This document shows, piece by piece, positions 62,206 through 64,000 of a DNA stretch of 64,000 nt. Position 1 is the stretch's first letter. Each line of letters starts with the position of its first letter. A program made the position numbers and the translations under genes. The notes under the pieces are model-generated. The model saw only the letters and a program-made list of their open reading frames with translations, did no database searches and was not told the origin of the DNA. Where the stretch lies: NCBI GenBank assembly GCA_963719315.1, contig CAVRBU010000004.1:96001-160000 (forward strand). Direction: 5' to 3'. The DNA is from an uncultured Planctomycetota bacterium. Lineage in GTDB: Bacteria > Planctomycetota > Planctomycetia > Pirellulales > Lacipirellulaceae.

Positions 62206-64000
62206 TTAGTGAGTCACTTTCTCGATTGGAAATCTTCGCCGTTCCAGGCGGGGACCCGCGAATTCCAGTTCGAGGATGGCTTCGCCTTCGGCTTCAAAAA
62301 AGTCAATGCGGAGCTTGTGCTTTCCAGCAGACAATTTCGTCGCACCACTCAACTCCAGCAGGCTGTGGTCGCCATCGTTGTCGATGACGAGCTGATCATC
62401 GATATACAACTTGCTTCCGTCGTCGGATTTCAAATAGAAAGTGTACTCTCCGGCTGAGTCAACGTCGAAATTGCCATCCAGCACCATACCCCAATTGTCG
62501 GCCGCTGGTTGCCGCGATTCCACGTTCAAGTCCGTGGCCACGCTCTCGAAAACCGGCGTCAGTTTGCTGAAGTCTGGCATGCGAGTCCAGCTTCCTTTGT
62601 AAACGCGATAGCGCAGCCCCACGCCGGCAGGCACGCGTTTGTAAGTTTGCCGTGATGTGGCCGTGCCGTGGCCGTCTTTATTGAACATGCGGGCTTGAAG
62701 CGTCGCTGACTCATGGATCGCCACCGGCCTTTCGCACGCCGGTGAGGAACTGGTCGGGACACTACCGTCCATCGTATAACGCACCGTGAACCCGGGTTTC
62801 GCTTCCTCGGCTACGATGGAAACGGAGTCGACGAACTCCGGTGCAACCGTCCGGATCAAATCAACCCGGCTCGGTCGCAGCGGGATGTCGCGCGTGCCGC
62901 TCATGAATATTTCTTTCTTGTTGGCCAAGTCGAAGCCCATGATCCAGTTCAGTTGCAGGAGAGCTGGATCCTTCGTGGGGATTGCCTCGCTGGACTGCAC
63001 ATTGATCGCAACCACCTTTTCGCTTCTAGCGGGAATAGTCATCTCAATCTGCGATGGTTCCATTTTCACTTCGTGACAATGTTGGAACTTGGCCTTTACC
63101 TGCAACTCACGCGCTGCCGGATTCCAAAGGGTCAGATAGATCGTACCCGAGGAAACTGACTCTTCGCTGTCTGTCAGTACCAAATACGGCAGGTCGCTGC
63201 TTTGAGCGAGCGACTCGGTAAGATCGTAATCGTCGCGGGTCGTCACATTGTGGGGCAGAATTCCGTCGAGCGTGATGTTGGCCATCACGGGGCCGTCGTC
63301 GGTGACGGTCACCAGCGTGATATGGTCGAACTCACCGTACCTGGGTCCGCGCAACTTGCTGCCGCCGCCGGTCGAAGCCAGCACATAGTAGTTCGTGTTA
63401 TTGCGAAACTCGTGCAAGTAGCGGTGAAAGTGCCCCGCGATGACGGTGTGCCGTCGACCTTCAAGCAACTTCTCGATTTTTGCAAACCCACTCGGGGCGG
63501 GGTACAGCCACAGCGGATGGTGCAAGAACACAAACGTCCAACGCGCGTCCGGATACTTGGCTAACGCTTTCTTCATTAATGCAACCTGCGCGTCGGGGAT
63601 GATATCTCCTTTTTCACCGGTCGAATCCAATGCCAGGAACAGCACGTCTTTGTAGACGAAGGAGTAGTAGGGTACGCCTGAACGCTCTTTCCAGACGTCG
63701 CGCATCACGTCGTTGTTGATATCGTGGTTGCCGGGTACGAAAAAGAACGGAACTTTGAGCGGCTTCAGCTCCGCGTCAAAATCCGCCCATTCCTTCGCCA
63801 GCTTCGCGCGGTCGGCCGTGTTGCCAGGGATGAAATCGCCCACGCTCATTACGAACTCGGGCATGATCAGATTCAGCTTCTGCGCCGCATCCTTAAACAC
63901 TCCGGGCCGCACTCCCCCCGCGCGGTCGCTTACAATCGCAAATTTGAAATTCTTCGGATCGTTGTAGAATTTGAGGTGCGTCCACGGCTTGATCGCCGTC
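62206..64000 (-). CDS. Metallophosphoesterase with FN3-associated and PA14 domains (5' end outside the window)
   Basis: AIVSD; VGD; PGNHD; FLHHP; AGHFH; RYTMDGSVP; GEYTFYLKSDDGSKLYID...DNDGDH; frame is open to the window edge. Confidence 0.88.
   Translation of the reverse strand, partial: TAIKPWTHLKFYNDPKNFKFAIVSDRAGGVRPGVFKDAAQKLNLIMPEFVMSVGDFIPGNTADRAKLAKEWADFDAELKPLKVPFFFVPGNHDINNDVMRDVWKERSGVPYYSFVYKDVLFLALDSTGEKGDIIPDAQVALMKKALAKYPDARWTFVFLHHPLWLYPAPSGFAKIEKLLEGRRHTVIAGHFHRYLHEFRNNTNYYVLASTGGGSKLRGPRYGEFDHITLVTVTDDGPVMANITLDGILPHNVTTRDDYDLTESLAQSSDLPYLVLTDSEESVSSGTIYLTLWNPAARELQVKAKFQHCHEVKMEPSQIEMTIPARSEKVVAINVQSSEAIPTKDPALLQLNWIMGFDLANKKEIFMSGTRDIPLRPSRVDLIRTVAPEFVDSVSIVAEEAKPGFTVRYTMDGSVPTSSSPACERPVAIHESATLQARMFNKDGHGTATSRQTYKRVPAGVGLRYRVYKGSWTRMPDFSKLTPVFESVATDLNVESRQPAADNWGMVLDGNFDVDSAGEYTFYLKSDDGSKLYIDDQLVIDNDGDHSLLELSGATKLSAGKHKLRIDFFEAEGEAILELEFAGPRLERRRFPIEKVTH

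Noticed and set aside
1..64000. rRNA, tRNA, integron, prophage or defence genes
   Set aside because: None recognised by eye; a tRNAscan/Rfam/DefenseFinder run would be needed to exclude them formally

Overview
GC-rich bacterial DNA with strong Planctomycetota markers: three intact and one decayed DUF1559 prepilin-like genes, a PSD1/planctomycete cytochrome c plus DUF1501 pair, a planctomycete 'LExRxML' export motif and PEP-CTERM proteins (one with a dockerin-like GDYNxDGxVDAADYVVWR module). This fits Pirellulales (inference). The first ~31 kb is an accessory, IS-rich surface-protein region with six of the window's seven IS elements. An IS21 is nested inside an IS630, and one PEP-CTERM gene is split by three IS elements. 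This region also holds REP/MITE-like repeats and a DegT-GH84-GNAT operon facing an orphan PTS IIC. From ~31.6 to 52.8 kb lie exported carbohydrate/hydrolase genes; ~53-59 kb is a partly decayed redox/stress cluster, followed by an IS5 and two minus-strand genes. The best candidate for an undescribed system is a duplicated module at 4.46-5.37 kb and 14.67-16.25 kb. Each copy has a sigma70-like promoter, then a 160-aa His-rich, membrane-targeted leader ending in an RGPP ribosome-arrest-like motif, then exactly 122 nt of structured spacer with an anti-Shine-Dalgarno, then a DUF1559 gene. This suggests metal-responsive translational control of pilin-like genes (inference). Many genes carry isolated frameshifts that may be sequencing errors. 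No rRNA, tRNA or CRISPR array was recognised. All family calls are motif recognition by eye, not database searches.
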